This document shows positions 9,864-18,694 of a DNA stretch of 57,673 bases, piece by piece. Position numbers and translations under genes: made by a program. Under the pieces are notes generated by a model. The model was not told where the DNA came from. It did no database searches and saw only the letters and a list, made by a program, of their open reading frames with translations. Source of the DNA: an uncultured Armatimonadia bacterium (GTDB lineage: Bacteria; Armatimonadota; Zipacnadia; Zipacnadales; UBA5352); NCBI GenBank assembly GCA_964484945.1, contig CAZAHB010000005.1, forward strand, positions 1-57,673, read 5' to 3'. Numbering within the stretch: position 1 is the first letter of the stretch; each line of letters starts with the position of its first letter.

Positions 9864-11122
9864 TGCACCTCACCACCTTCGCGGTCATCGCTCCAGCCAT
9901 CCGGGTCCCTGGGGCAGTCTGCATTGCAGATCGGCAGGTCCGGGCAGTCCGCACACCTCGTGGGCGCCTTCAGTCGCTCGCGGTAACGCTCAAAGACATC
10001 GTGCGCCCAGATCTCGCGCCATGGCGATTCGAGGATATTCCCGGCGCTCTCAGGGCCACGCGCGGGCCAGACGGTGCCGTCGGCACTGACACGGACGGTC
10101 ACGTCCGCCGATGTCCGCGGGCCCTCGCGCACCTGCTGAGCAAGGCCCTTCGCGGAATTAAAGCGTTTCGGGGGCGCCCAGAGGTAGCGAGAGTTCGTGC
10201 GCTCGGACAGTTCGAAGAAAGTCGTCGCCACCTGCGGCAGTGCCCTGGCCGGCAGCGCGCCCGAGGCATCGCCGGCCTCATCCTCGTCCGGGCAGGCGAT
10301 GGCGAATCCGACGACGTTGGTAACACCCATCTCCAGCAGGCCCTCCGCAATGTCATCCATCTCGGCGAGGTTGCTGTCCATCAGCGGCCACTGCGCGACC
10401 GGCGCAAGCTCCAGTTCCCGGCACTGCTCCACGGCCGATTTGAACGCCTCGCAATCGCCCACACCCGCGGTCTCGTCATGCCCGTCGGGATTACTGCAGA
10501 CGTACAACATGTCGAGGTGGTCGAGGCCGGCCATCGCGCACTTCTCGATCACGTCAGCGGGAAGCCATCCCGCCAGCGCCCGCAGCCCACAGATCATGCC
10601 GATGTCCTCAGCGGCCTCCACCAGCAGCGCGAGGTGCGCCCGTTCGCCATCAGAGGCGGCCTGTATGGAAACGTGCGGCACGCCCGCATCCCACAGTGCG
10701 CGGATGATCTCACGGAAGCGCTCGGGCCTGCACTGATCGACGTCCGCGCGCAGCGGCGCTGCCAGCTGGCGCTCCCAGTGCGAGAGTTCAGGGTCGGTGA
10801 GATTCGTCACCGGGTAGTTGTCACCGGGCTTCGCGAGGTCCTCGATCATGTTGTGGACGTGGCCCAGGTCGGCGCGGACCTGATTTTCGGGAGCCCCGCT
10901 GAACTCCGAGGTGATCTCTTCGATGATCTCCTGATCGGGGCGCTCCTCCAGCACGCCGGCGGCCATCGTCACTCCGACCGGGGACAGCCACGCTGCCTCG
11001 GCGGCGTTTGCCAGCAGCAGGCCGCTGCCGTCAGGGTCCACTCGCAGATGAAAGCGCGTCGGCCACTCGCCCACCAGCATCTCATACGGCCGGATCGTCA
11101 CGTCGCTTGCGCTCTCTGACAC
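9860..11122 (-). CDS. degenerate radical SAM/SPASM paralog with PqqD/RRE-like N-terminus; lacks CxxxCxxC
   Basis: Collinear with the upstream enzyme (HLRVDPDGSGLLL, APLRAD, LWDAGVP, LAGLDHL, GNIL..W..IW) but missing the cluster-binding segment; keeps only CADCPDLPICNADC. Confidence 0.8.
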   Translation of the reverse strand: MSESASDVTIRPYEMLVGEWPTRFHLRVDPDGSGLLLANAAEAAWLSPVGVTMAAGVLEERPDQEIIEEITSEFSGAPENQVRADLGHVHNMIEDLAKPGDNYPVTNLTDPELSHWERQLAAPLRADVDQCRPERFREIIRALWDAGVPHVSIQAASDGERAHLALLVEAAEDIGMICGLRALAGWLPADVIEKCAMAGLDHLDMLYVCSNPDGHDETAGVGDCEAFKSAVEQCRELELAPVAQWPLMDSNLAEMDDIAEGLLEMGVTNVVGFAIACPDEDEAGDASGALPARALPQVATTFFELSERTNSRYLWAPPKRFNSAKGLAQQVREGPRTSADVTVRVSADGTVWPARGPESAGNILESPWREIWAHDVFERYRERLKAPTRCADCPDLPICNADCPRDPDGWSDDREGGEVQ

Positions 11123-12540
11123 CGGCTCATCACCTCATTTCTGGCCACCCGCTCCAGCGGACAGCCTCCGCCACATACCCGAAGATCCTCGCATTCGAGA
11201 CATTCGGCAGGCAGGTCAGCGTTCTCCGGCCGCTCCCGGCGGAAGCGAATCCGGGTGAAAAGCTCAGACTCCCAGATGCGATCCCAGCGGTCACGGAGGA
11301 TATTGCCGACCGGCTCGTAGTAGGACTGGCAGGGCAGGACATCCCCGTTGGGCTCCACGCAGATGGAATACTCCGCGGCGTTGCAGAATGTGAGGCCGAC
11401 GTCCACCTTCATGGGCGAAAGCTCACAGTGCCGCGTCACGGTGTACCAGATGAAGCGCATATCGCGCTCGGCGGCCCGGTCGCGCACGCTCTCGAGGACC
11501 TCGCGCAGCCTGCCGATGCTCAGCGCGGAAAGGTTTGCGGCCCCGCATCCGGCGTGGATCATCCCGTTCATCGCAAAAGTGCGCAGGCCCAGGTCGTGCA
11601 GGAAGTCAACGATCGGCTCGGCCTCGTCGGCGTTCTCCTCGATCAGCGTGGTGTTCGTGATCGTATGCAGGCCGCGCTCGACACAGTTGCGGATGCCCGC
11701 CACCGTCTCCTCGAAGGCCTCCGCGCGCACAATGCGGTTGTGAAGCTCAGCACGGTGTGAGGCGAGTGTAATCTGCACGTGATCGAGGCCCGCGTCCATG
11801 AGTCCATCGATCAGTTCGCGCTCGCGCAGGCGCCGCCCGTTGGTGTTGAGACCGCAGATCATCCCCAGGTCCTCGGCATGACGGACGATCTCCGGCAGGT
11901 CATCGCGGAGCGTCGCCTCTCCGCCGGTGAGGATCACGTAGGGGACGCCGATCGCCCACAGCCGGTCGAGGACCTCGCGCCAGCCGTCCGTGTCGAGCGC
12001 CGGCATCTCCCGCCGCTCGGGCTCATTGTAGCAGTGCGCGCAGTCGTTGTTGCAGGCGTACGTGAGCGCGAGATCGGCCTTGAGCGGGGCCTGCGCGCGG
12101 ATCGAGAGGGGCTCGGGCTGCGGGATGCCTGCTTCGCACACGCGGCATCCCTCTGAGGGGCGGCTGATCTTCGCTATCGCCGAGCGCACCCGTTCGTACT
12201 CCGCCTCCAGTCCAAAATCGCGCGCGCCCGCGAACCGGGTTCGCAGATAGACGAGGGCGCGATCGGCGGGCACATCATCCAACGCCAGCCCCGCGCATTC
12301 TGCCTGCAGCGGAGAGAGATGCAGCGTGTCGGTCCCGTTCACGATCAGCAGGCCCGTACCATCATCGTGAGTGCGCAAATGCATGCAAACGCGCCCTTCG
12401 GGGCGCTCGAAGCGCTGGTGACGCAGTGAGACGCCGTCACGCCCGTGTGACAGAGCGCCGACTCGCGCGCCCAGTCGGCCGAGGTCCTCCCGCAAGCCGG
12501 CCTTCAGACGCGCGAAGAGCCCACCGTCATCGGCTACCAC
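11098..12540 (-). CDS. radical SAM/SPASM enzyme with N-terminal PqqD/RRE-like domain
   Basis: CNNDCAHC (12031-12054), LTGGEAT, LNTNG, SPASM cysteines C..FCNAAEYSICVEPNGDVLPC..CLECEDLRVCGGGC; extra CRVC before the core. Confidence 0.92.
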   Translation of the reverse strand: MVADDGGLFARLKAGLREDLGRLGARVGALSHGRDGVSLRHQRFERPEGRVCMHLRTHDDGTGLLIVNGTDTLHLSPLQAECAGLALDDVPADRALVYLRTRFAGARDFGLEAEYERVRSAIAKISRPSEGCRVCEAGIPQPEPLSIRAQAPLKADLALTYACNNDCAHCYNEPERREMPALDTDGWREVLDRLWAIGVPYVILTGGEATLRDDLPEIVRHAEDLGMICGLNTNGRRLRERELIDGLMDAGLDHVQITLASHRAELHNRIVRAEAFEETVAGIRNCVERGLHTITNTTLIEENADEAEPIVDFLHDLGLRTFAMNGMIHAGCGAANLSALSIGRLREVLESVRDRAAERDMRFIWYTVTRHCELSPMKVDVGLTFCNAAEYSICVEPNGDVLPCQSYYEPVGNILRDRWDRIWESELFTRIRFRRERPENADLPAECLECEDLRVCGGGCPLERVARNEVMSRCQRAQAT

Positions 12541-12878
12541 TTCGGCTTCTCCTCAAGCTGATAGGAGGTGCCACAGTACGGGCACTTCACGTAGATGGCC
12601 CCTTCCTTCATCTCGATGGCATCGGAACTTAGTTGCGCACCGCACGATTCGCAGCGCAGCTTCTCAAGTTCGGTGTCGCCGGTGAAGTCAACCTTGTGGG
12701 TCACCTTCATCTCCGGGCCCCTGGAGCGGGCGAGGTAGATCATGAAACCGGCGCCGCCAAGCAGCACGATTCCGATGATGACGCGTGGAACAGTGTTGCC
12801 CTGCCCGGACCCGACAAGGAAGACCAGGCCGGCGAGGCCGAGCACGGCGCCGAGCAGATATCCGGCTGTCTTCATCAC
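12534..12878 (-). CDS. small membrane protein, two TM helices plus C-terminal zinc ribbon
   Basis: Two hydrophobic stretches then CESC..CPYC; stop overlaps the start of the radical SAM gene. Confidence 0.8.
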   Translation of the reverse strand: MMKTAGYLLGAVLGLAGLVFLVGSGQGNTVPRVIIGIVLLGGAGFMIYLARSRGPEMKVTHKVDFTGDTELEKLRCESCGAQLSSDAIEMKEGAIYVKCPYCGTSYQLEEKPKW

Positions 12879-13000
12879 GTAGCGGCACGCGGCTGCCGCG
12901 GCACCTCCTCAGAGCGTGAGCATGCGTGCGCATGGCAAGGGATAGTTCGCCCGCAGACAGCGCGAGACCTGCCTTTGGACCTGCAAAGCGCCCCGGCCGG

Positions 13001-15304
13001 CTACTCCACAACTAACTCGTGATGGCCGACGCCCCACCGGCCGATGCTGACGATAACGCGCCCGTCCTCGATGTGCCAGCGCGGGCGGGGACCGTAGCTG
13101 GATCGCTGCAACGGTGCGCCCTCCACGACGGCCGCGAATGCATCCTCAATACCGTGCACCACCACCGTGCAATCGCGCTGATCCTGCGCGCCGGGGAAGT
13201 CCCCCTGTGCCGCATCGCAATGCACGCCGACGCCGTCCGCGACCGGTTCGGTGGTGAAACGCTGCGTTCGGAATGCCCCGTCCTCGAAGTCATACGTGCG
13301 CCCGTCATCCTCATAGAGCGTCATTTCACCCGCTGCGCCGGCCCACACGTGGATGCTAAGCTCATCGAGCGGTCGCTGGCCGACATAGTCGGTCACCGGC
13401 CCCATGGGGATGATAGCACCTGCGGGGGCGAGCAGCGGCCCACCGCGCATGTCCGGCACCTCGGGAGTGCGCCAGCCGCCGCCATCGACGGGGTCACCGG
13501 TCCACACGTTGTACCACAGGCCCTCGGGGAGCCAGACTTCATCGGTGAAGCAGCCGACGAGCAGCGAATCGCCGAGCATGAACTGGTGCAGGCACTCATC
13601 GGCCTCCTGCTCGTGCGGCCAGAGCAGAGGCATCGGGCGCATGATGGGCATGCCGGTGCGGTGCGCCTTCCACGCCATGGAGTAGAGGTAGGGGATCAGG
13701 CGGTAGCGGAACTGGACGTACTGCCGGAAGACCTCCTCCATCTCCTCGCCCTGCAGCCACGGGTGGCGGAAGTAATTCCACGAGTTCAGTTGCGCCCACG
13801 GCAGCAGGCAGCCGAAATGAATGCCGTCCGCGCGGTAGGACATCATATCCACAGTGTTGAGGCCGTGCCCGGACATCGAGAGATTCAGGCACGCGACGAG
13901 CGGCTCCTCTCCCCCGCCGGTGTCGCCCGTCCAGGTGCCGGTCCAGCGCTGCACACCGGCCCACCCGTCCGGAGTGAAGGGGAAGGTGCGCTCGGGAACT
14001 GCTGAATCCCGCTCGTCCGTCTCACGGAAGCCCAGGTACATCTGCTTCGAGTACAGCAGCGGGTAGAGATTGTGCATCTGATCGTCGGTCATCCCGTTCC
14101 CCCAGAGCCGGTCGGGGTGCTCGAGGCACTGATAGGCGCCATCCTGCTTGAACCAGTGCGCGCCCTCGAAAACAAACTCCTTGAGGTGCTCGAACCACGG
14201 TTCCTCGGGCCGGGTGATGCGGTCGAGGCGGCGCTGACCCGCGCTCAGGTGCTCGTCCTGCTCATGGCCTTCGGCGAAAAACTCCTGATCCTCATCACGC
14301 GCCGCATCCGCCTCGCGGACCTCATCGTCAACGTGCCGCTCTTCTTCGTAGGAAAGATCGTAGTCATTGCACAGCCACAGCCCCGGTTTGAAGCCCATGC
14401 GCTGTGCGGCGGCGAAGAATGTGTCGCCGGTGCGGGCGTAGCCAGGCACGGGGAAGCGGTCCGGATGCCAGCACTTGTCCACCGTGGCATCGTAGTTCGT
14501 CTCCATCCAGCCCGGCTCCAGTCCAATGGCATCACAGGGGATCTCCCGGTCGCGGAAGTTCCGGCAGTCGCCGAGAAACTCGTACGCGTCAGCCTGTGTG
14601 CGGCAGATGAACCACAGCCCAAAGCCCCACTTCGGCGGCAGGAACGGCCGACCGGTCACGCGCGTGTAGCGTTCGATGATCTCCGCCGGCGACGGCCCGT
14701 AGATTACGTAAAGGTCCAGCACCTCGTTCTCGCACTCGAAGCCGAACCAGTCATCGGATGTAGCGCCGAGATCGTACCACACGCGGCGCGTGGTGTTCAT
14801 CAGCAGCCCGTAGCCGCGCGAGGAGAGCACGAAGGGGATCGGGATGTACTCCTCGACGTTGCGGATCCACAGGTCGCCCTTCGTCCCGCGGTGCTCGATG
14901 CGGTCGCGCGTCTGATCGCCGAGACCGAAGAAGCGCTCGCCTGCGGGAAGCTCGAACCGCGCGCGGAAGCCCGGGTCTGGCCCGAGTATCGGCGGCTCGG
15001 CGCTGACAAACAGCCCCTCTCCCTCGGCACCGGAGACTGCCAGCGAGCCGTCCGCCGCCACGTCCACGGTCATGAACTCACTGGCCGCGAGCGAGGCCCC
15101 CTGTCCGGTCTCCGCGCGAACCGCCACCTCGTCCCACTCGCGCCGCCACAGATCGTACCGCAGCAGCGGCGACATCGGAGGCTCATCACCCTGCCATCCC
15201 CGGATGCGCGCGATTCCCGGCGTGAGGAAGGACACGTCTACGGTCGCGTCATCTGCGGTTAGCGAAAGACCTCGGTCGGTCGTCTCTGCGTTCGAAAGCT
15301 CCAC
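13001..15304 (-). CDS. glycoside hydrolase family 31 (alpha-glucosidase/alpha-xylosidase-like)
   Basis: ERFFGLGDQ, IPFVLSSRGYG, TGRPFLPPKWGFG, FKQDG (nucleophile), WTGD (acid/base), RYRLIPYLYS, QFMLGDSLLV, LYEDDG; GGAG RBS. Confidence 0.92.
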   Translation of the reverse strand: MELSNAETTDRGLSLTADDATVDVSFLTPGIARIRGWQGDEPPMSPLLRYDLWRREWDEVAVRAETGQGASLAASEFMTVDVAADGSLAVSGAEGEGLFVSAEPPILGPDPGFRARFELPAGERFFGLGDQTRDRIEHRGTKGDLWIRNVEEYIPIPFVLSSRGYGLLMNTTRRVWYDLGATSDDWFGFECENEVLDLYVIYGPSPAEIIERYTRVTGRPFLPPKWGFGLWFICRTQADAYEFLGDCRNFRDREIPCDAIGLEPGWMETNYDATVDKCWHPDRFPVPGYARTGDTFFAAAQRMGFKPGLWLCNDYDLSYEEERHVDDEVREADAARDEDQEFFAEGHEQDEHLSAGQRRLDRITRPEEPWFEHLKEFVFEGAHWFKQDGAYQCLEHPDRLWGNGMTDDQMHNLYPLLYSKQMYLGFRETDERDSAVPERTFPFTPDGWAGVQRWTGTWTGDTGGGEEPLVACLNLSMSGHGLNTVDMMSYRADGIHFGCLLPWAQLNSWNYFRHPWLQGEEMEEVFRQYVQFRYRLIPYLYSMAWKAHRTGMPIMRPMPLLWPHEQEADECLHQFMLGDSLLVGCFTDEVWLPEGLWYNVWTGDPVDGGGWRTPEVPDMRGGPLLAPAGAIIPMGPVTDYVGQRPLDELSIHVWAGAAGEMTLYEDDGRTYDFEDGAFRTQRFTTEPVADGVGVHCDAAQGDFPGAQDQRDCTVVVHGIEDAFAAVVEGAPLQRSSYGPRPRWHIEDGRVIVSIGRWGVGHHELVVE

Positions 15305-15453
15305 TGTCAGTCACACTCCTGCGAACGACTGGTTGGTCTCAGCGTCCACTTCGCCGGTAGCGCCGAAATAGCCTCCCGACAGTTTGAGGATCATGCCACG
15401 CTCAGTTACGTGAAAACGGGAAAGCGGCGCATGGCAAACTAAGCACACAGTTA

Positions 15454-15482
15454 TTGATATTGTAACCGCTACTTAGTATGAT
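15454..15482 (+). promoter_or_regulatory. near-consensus sigma70 promoter with a palindrome-like site in the spacer
   Basis: TTGATA-17 nt-TATGAT; spacer contains GTAACCGCTAC (inverted repeat with one mismatch). Confidence 0.7.
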
Positions 15483-15770
15483 GCGTTTCTGGTAACTCCA
15501 CGACTACCCACCGCTGCAATGCTCTGCCCATTGACCACTCGCTACTTCCTCTGCGAGGGGTTGAGACAACCGGTTGTTGCTTCTGTCGCCCCCGCGCGTC
15601 CTCACGGGCAGGCTCACCCTGGTGCCTCCCGGTCTTTCGTGCTGACAAAGTGCGCCTTGCATCACATCTCAAAGAAGCCATCTTTGGGCATAACGCTGAC
15701 GCCTCCAGACGACCTGTATTTGCTTGCTGATTATCACTGCGCTGCGACGATGATCTGCCGTTACGTGATA

Positions 15771-17054
15771 AGTGCCAGACCGCATCGCGTCGAACGGGCC
15801 GATCTTTCGGTCGCCGAAAGTGATGACTTCCACGAACTCTTCGACGGCCTGAATACGATGCTGGATGCGCTGATTAACCCGCTGAATGTCGCCGCCCAAT
15901 ACATCGACCGCATATCCGAAGGGGATATTCCGGATCCGATCACGGACGATTACGATGGCGACTTCAACGAGATCAAGAACAGCATCAACATGTGCATCGG
16001 CGCCGTCAATCGCCTGATCCAGGACGCCAACATGATGGCCGACGCGGTCGCGGACAAGAAGCTGGACGTGCGGGCCGACCCGTCCCGCCATCGGGGTGAC
16101 TTCGAGCGAATTGTCCAGGGCATAAATGAGACCGTAGAGGCAATGGACCAGGCGCTGGGGCCGGTCGCAGGAGCAATCCTGCAGATCGCGGCTGCGACCG
16201 ACCAGATCTCTCAGGGCGCGCAGACGCTGGCCGAGGGCTCTGCCGAGCAGGCCAGTTCGCTGCAGGAAGTCTCCGCAAGCCTCGAGCAGATGTCGGCGAT
16301 GACCCAGCAGAATGCGGCCAACGCACAGGAAGCCGACAGCCTCTCGGACGTGGCCGCCAACACCGCGAAGAAGGGCAACGAGGCTATGGAGCGGATGTCG
16401 CAGGCCATCAACGACATCCAGCAGTCGTCGGAGGAGACCTCGAAGATCGTCAAAACCATCGATGAGATCGCCTTCCAGACGAACCTGCTGGCCCTCAACG
16501 CCGCAGTCGAGGCGGCCCGCGCCGGTGATGCCGGGAAGGGCTTTGCCGTGGTTGCAGAGGAGGTGCGCAATCTTGCGCAACGCTCGGCCGAGGCGGCCAA
16601 GAATACCGCCAACATGATCGAGGAGGCCGTCAAGAACGCCGAGAGCGGCGTCGCCATCAGCGAGGAGGTTGACGAGGCGCTCACAGAGATCGGCGAGGGC
16701 TCTCGCAGGGTGTCAGAACTCATCGCGGAGATCGCTGCTGCCAGCAATGAGCAGGCAGGCGGCATCGAGCAGGTCAACACCGCCCCCGAGCAGATGGATG
16801 AGGTCACCCAGCAGAACGCGGCCAATGCCGAAGAGTCGGCCTCGGCGGCCGAGGAGATCAGCGCGCAGACCGACGAACTGCGCAACATGGTCGAGGCCTT
16901 CACGCTGTCGGCGGACGTATCGGCCGAAACGCCCTCCGGGACTGATCTGACACTGGTCTCCGATGACGAAAAGACGTCCCAGTCGCGAGAGCCGTCCGGA
17001 GATGAGGCGATCCCGCTTGACGACGAGGATCGCCAGGCGCTCGCGAACTTCTAG
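15771..17054 (+). pseudogene. 5'-truncated methyl-accepting chemotaxis protein (HAMP repeats plus signalling domain)
   Basis: [40 protein letters not shown] signature; poly-HAMP ([28 protein letters not shown]); homology starts mid-HAMP with no RBS, TM or sensor domain; Pro in the signalling helix (VNTAPEQMD). Start coordinate approximate. Confidence 0.65.
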
Positions 17055-17147
17055 CGCATTCCCTCTGGAGCGAACGCGATAGCTCCAACGGGAAGAGGGC
17101 GTGCCCACCTGGGCCTGGGCACGCCCTCATTTCGTGTACGAGCATTG

Positions 17148-18533
17148 TCACGGCCGCGGCCGCTTCGTGAAGACATCCGGGGTGTCCCGCGGGAACCATC
17201 GGCCGCTCCAGTAGCACTTCGCGCTGTCGAAGTCGAAGCCATCCTCCTCCAGCCTCGGGTCACCGGTCTCTGACAGATAGTCCAGAAGCTCCTGCTGCAA
17301 CCTCCGGCGGATCGCGTCGTACTCCGGAACTTCCGCGACGTTCACCATCTGATCCGGATCCGTCCGAATGTCATACAACTCCTCGCCGGGCCGCCTGCCG
17401 AAGGCCAGTTCATACAGTGGCGCCACGTCCGGCAGGTCGCGATTCTCAATCATGTAGTCTTTGGTGATGCTCTGATCCACGTCCTGCCGATGATACGGAG
17501 GATCGCCCGCCGGCCAGCGGTCAGGCTCGTAGTTGAGGATGTAGAGGAACTCATCGGTTCGCAGGCACCGCATCGGGTAGCCGACGTCGCCCTGACGGCC
17601 GGTGGTGTGGCGCTCGCGCCCACAGTGGACCCGATCCCGATCGGCATCGACGCGACCGGCGTCACCGCTGCCAAGCACATCGAGGAAGCTGCGGCCGGAC
17701 ATCTCCGGCAGGGGCTCGAGCCCGGCCGCCTCCAGGAACGTGGGCGCGAAGTCGGCGAAGCTGACGAAGTCGGTGACCGTCCTGCCGCCCTCAATCTCCC
17801 CGGGCCAGGCGACCGCCAGCGGCATCCGCGTGCCGTAGTCATACAGGTTGGCCTTCGCGCGGGGGAAGGGCATCCCGTTGTCGCTGGTCACCACGATAAG
17901 CGTGTTCTCGTACTGCCCGGTCTCCTCCAGCAGGCGCAGACAGTCGGCGATCTGGTCATCGTACATCTGGCACTCGAGCAGGTAGTCGGCGATGTCTGCG
18001 CGGACGGGGTCGCTGTCCGGAAGAAATGCGGGCACCTCGACATCATCAAGCTGTATACCGGCGTGCACGCCCGAGCCTTCGACGTAGGGGCGGTGCGGAT
18101 GATAGCTGCCAACCCAGAAGCAAAACGGCTCATCGCCGTCCCCGGCCATGAAGTCACCGAAATCCTCGAAGCGCGGCCCGGCCGGGTTATTCTCGAAGCG
18201 GAACTTCGGATCGCCGGGTCCCCAGCCCTTCCAGCAATGCCCCACGCGGTAGCCCGCCTCGGCAAGTTGCTCGGGGTAGACGCGCCAGCCGGGCCAGGTG
18301 CTCCACAGGTTGCCGGTGTCCTCAAGCTCCCAGTGGTTCCGGCCGGTGAGCACCGACGCGCGCGAGGGCGTGCAGGAGGGTGAGGAGATGTACGCGTTGG
18401 TGAAGATCACGCCCTCTTCAGCGACACGGTCGAAGGCGGGTGTGCGCACGACCGGATCGCCGGCGTATCCGGTATGTGTCCACGACTGGTCGTCGGAGAT
18501 GATGAAGAGGATGTTGGGTCTGTCGGCGGGCAT
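17148..18533 (-). CDS. Cys-type sulfatase (N-sulfoglucosamine sulfohydrolase-like)
   Basis: PNILFIISDD, SCTPSRASVLTG (CxPxR), PHRPY, TSDNGMPFPRAKANLYD, ELYDIRTDP. Confidence 0.93.
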   Translation of the reverse strand: MPADRPNILFIISDDQSWTHTGYAGDPVVRTPAFDRVAEEGVIFTNAYISSPSCTPSRASVLTGRNHWELEDTGNLWSTWPGWRVYPEQLAEAGYRVGHCWKGWGPGDPKFRFENNPAGPRFEDFGDFMAGDGDEPFCFWVGSYHPHRPYVEGSGVHAGIQLDDVEVPAFLPDSDPVRADIADYLLECQMYDDQIADCLRLLEETGQYENTLIVVTSDNGMPFPRAKANLYDYGTRMPLAVAWPGEIEGGRTVTDFVSFADFAPTFLEAAGLEPLPEMSGRSFLDVLGSGDAGRVDADRDRVHCGRERHTTGRQGDVGYPMRCLRTDEFLYILNYEPDRWPAGDPPYHRQDVDQSITKDYMIENRDLPDVAPLYELAFGRRPGEELYDIRTDPDQMVNVAEVPEYDAIRRRLQQELLDYLSETGDPRLEEDGFDFDSAKCYWSGRWFPRDTPDVFTKRPRP

Positions 18534-18694
18534 GACAACGGCCTCCGATCCTCGGCGTGAGATTGCAGACAGGGCTACCTTCCTCGCAGGCGCGGTCGGA
18601 CCTCCGCTCCCAGTGCTGCCAAGGTATCAGACGCTTCGCAGCGAACCACCTGATGACCGCCGATGAGCGCGCATCGTGACATGGGAGGACCGAC

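Noticed and set aside
11098-12540. Annotating the rSAM as PqqE or as an anSME
   Set aside because: No pqqA/B/C genes nearby; it lacks anSME motifs, and a true anSME is present separately at 25433-26701
12879-13000. Free-standing precursor peptide upstream of the rSAM operon
   Set aside because: Only a 9-codon GTG frame with its SD-like sequence abutting the start; no Cys-rich or leader-like short ORF
15433-15520. c-di-GMP-I riboswitch (GGCAAAC seed) upstream of the MCP
   Set aside because: No GNRA tetraloop/receptor stems follow, and the seed lies upstream of the predicted promoter
15519-15770. N-terminal 84 codons of the 511-aa ORF as an MCP sensor domain
   Set aside because: No TM, PAS or Cache features, atypical composition and no RBS; probably a non-coding open extension
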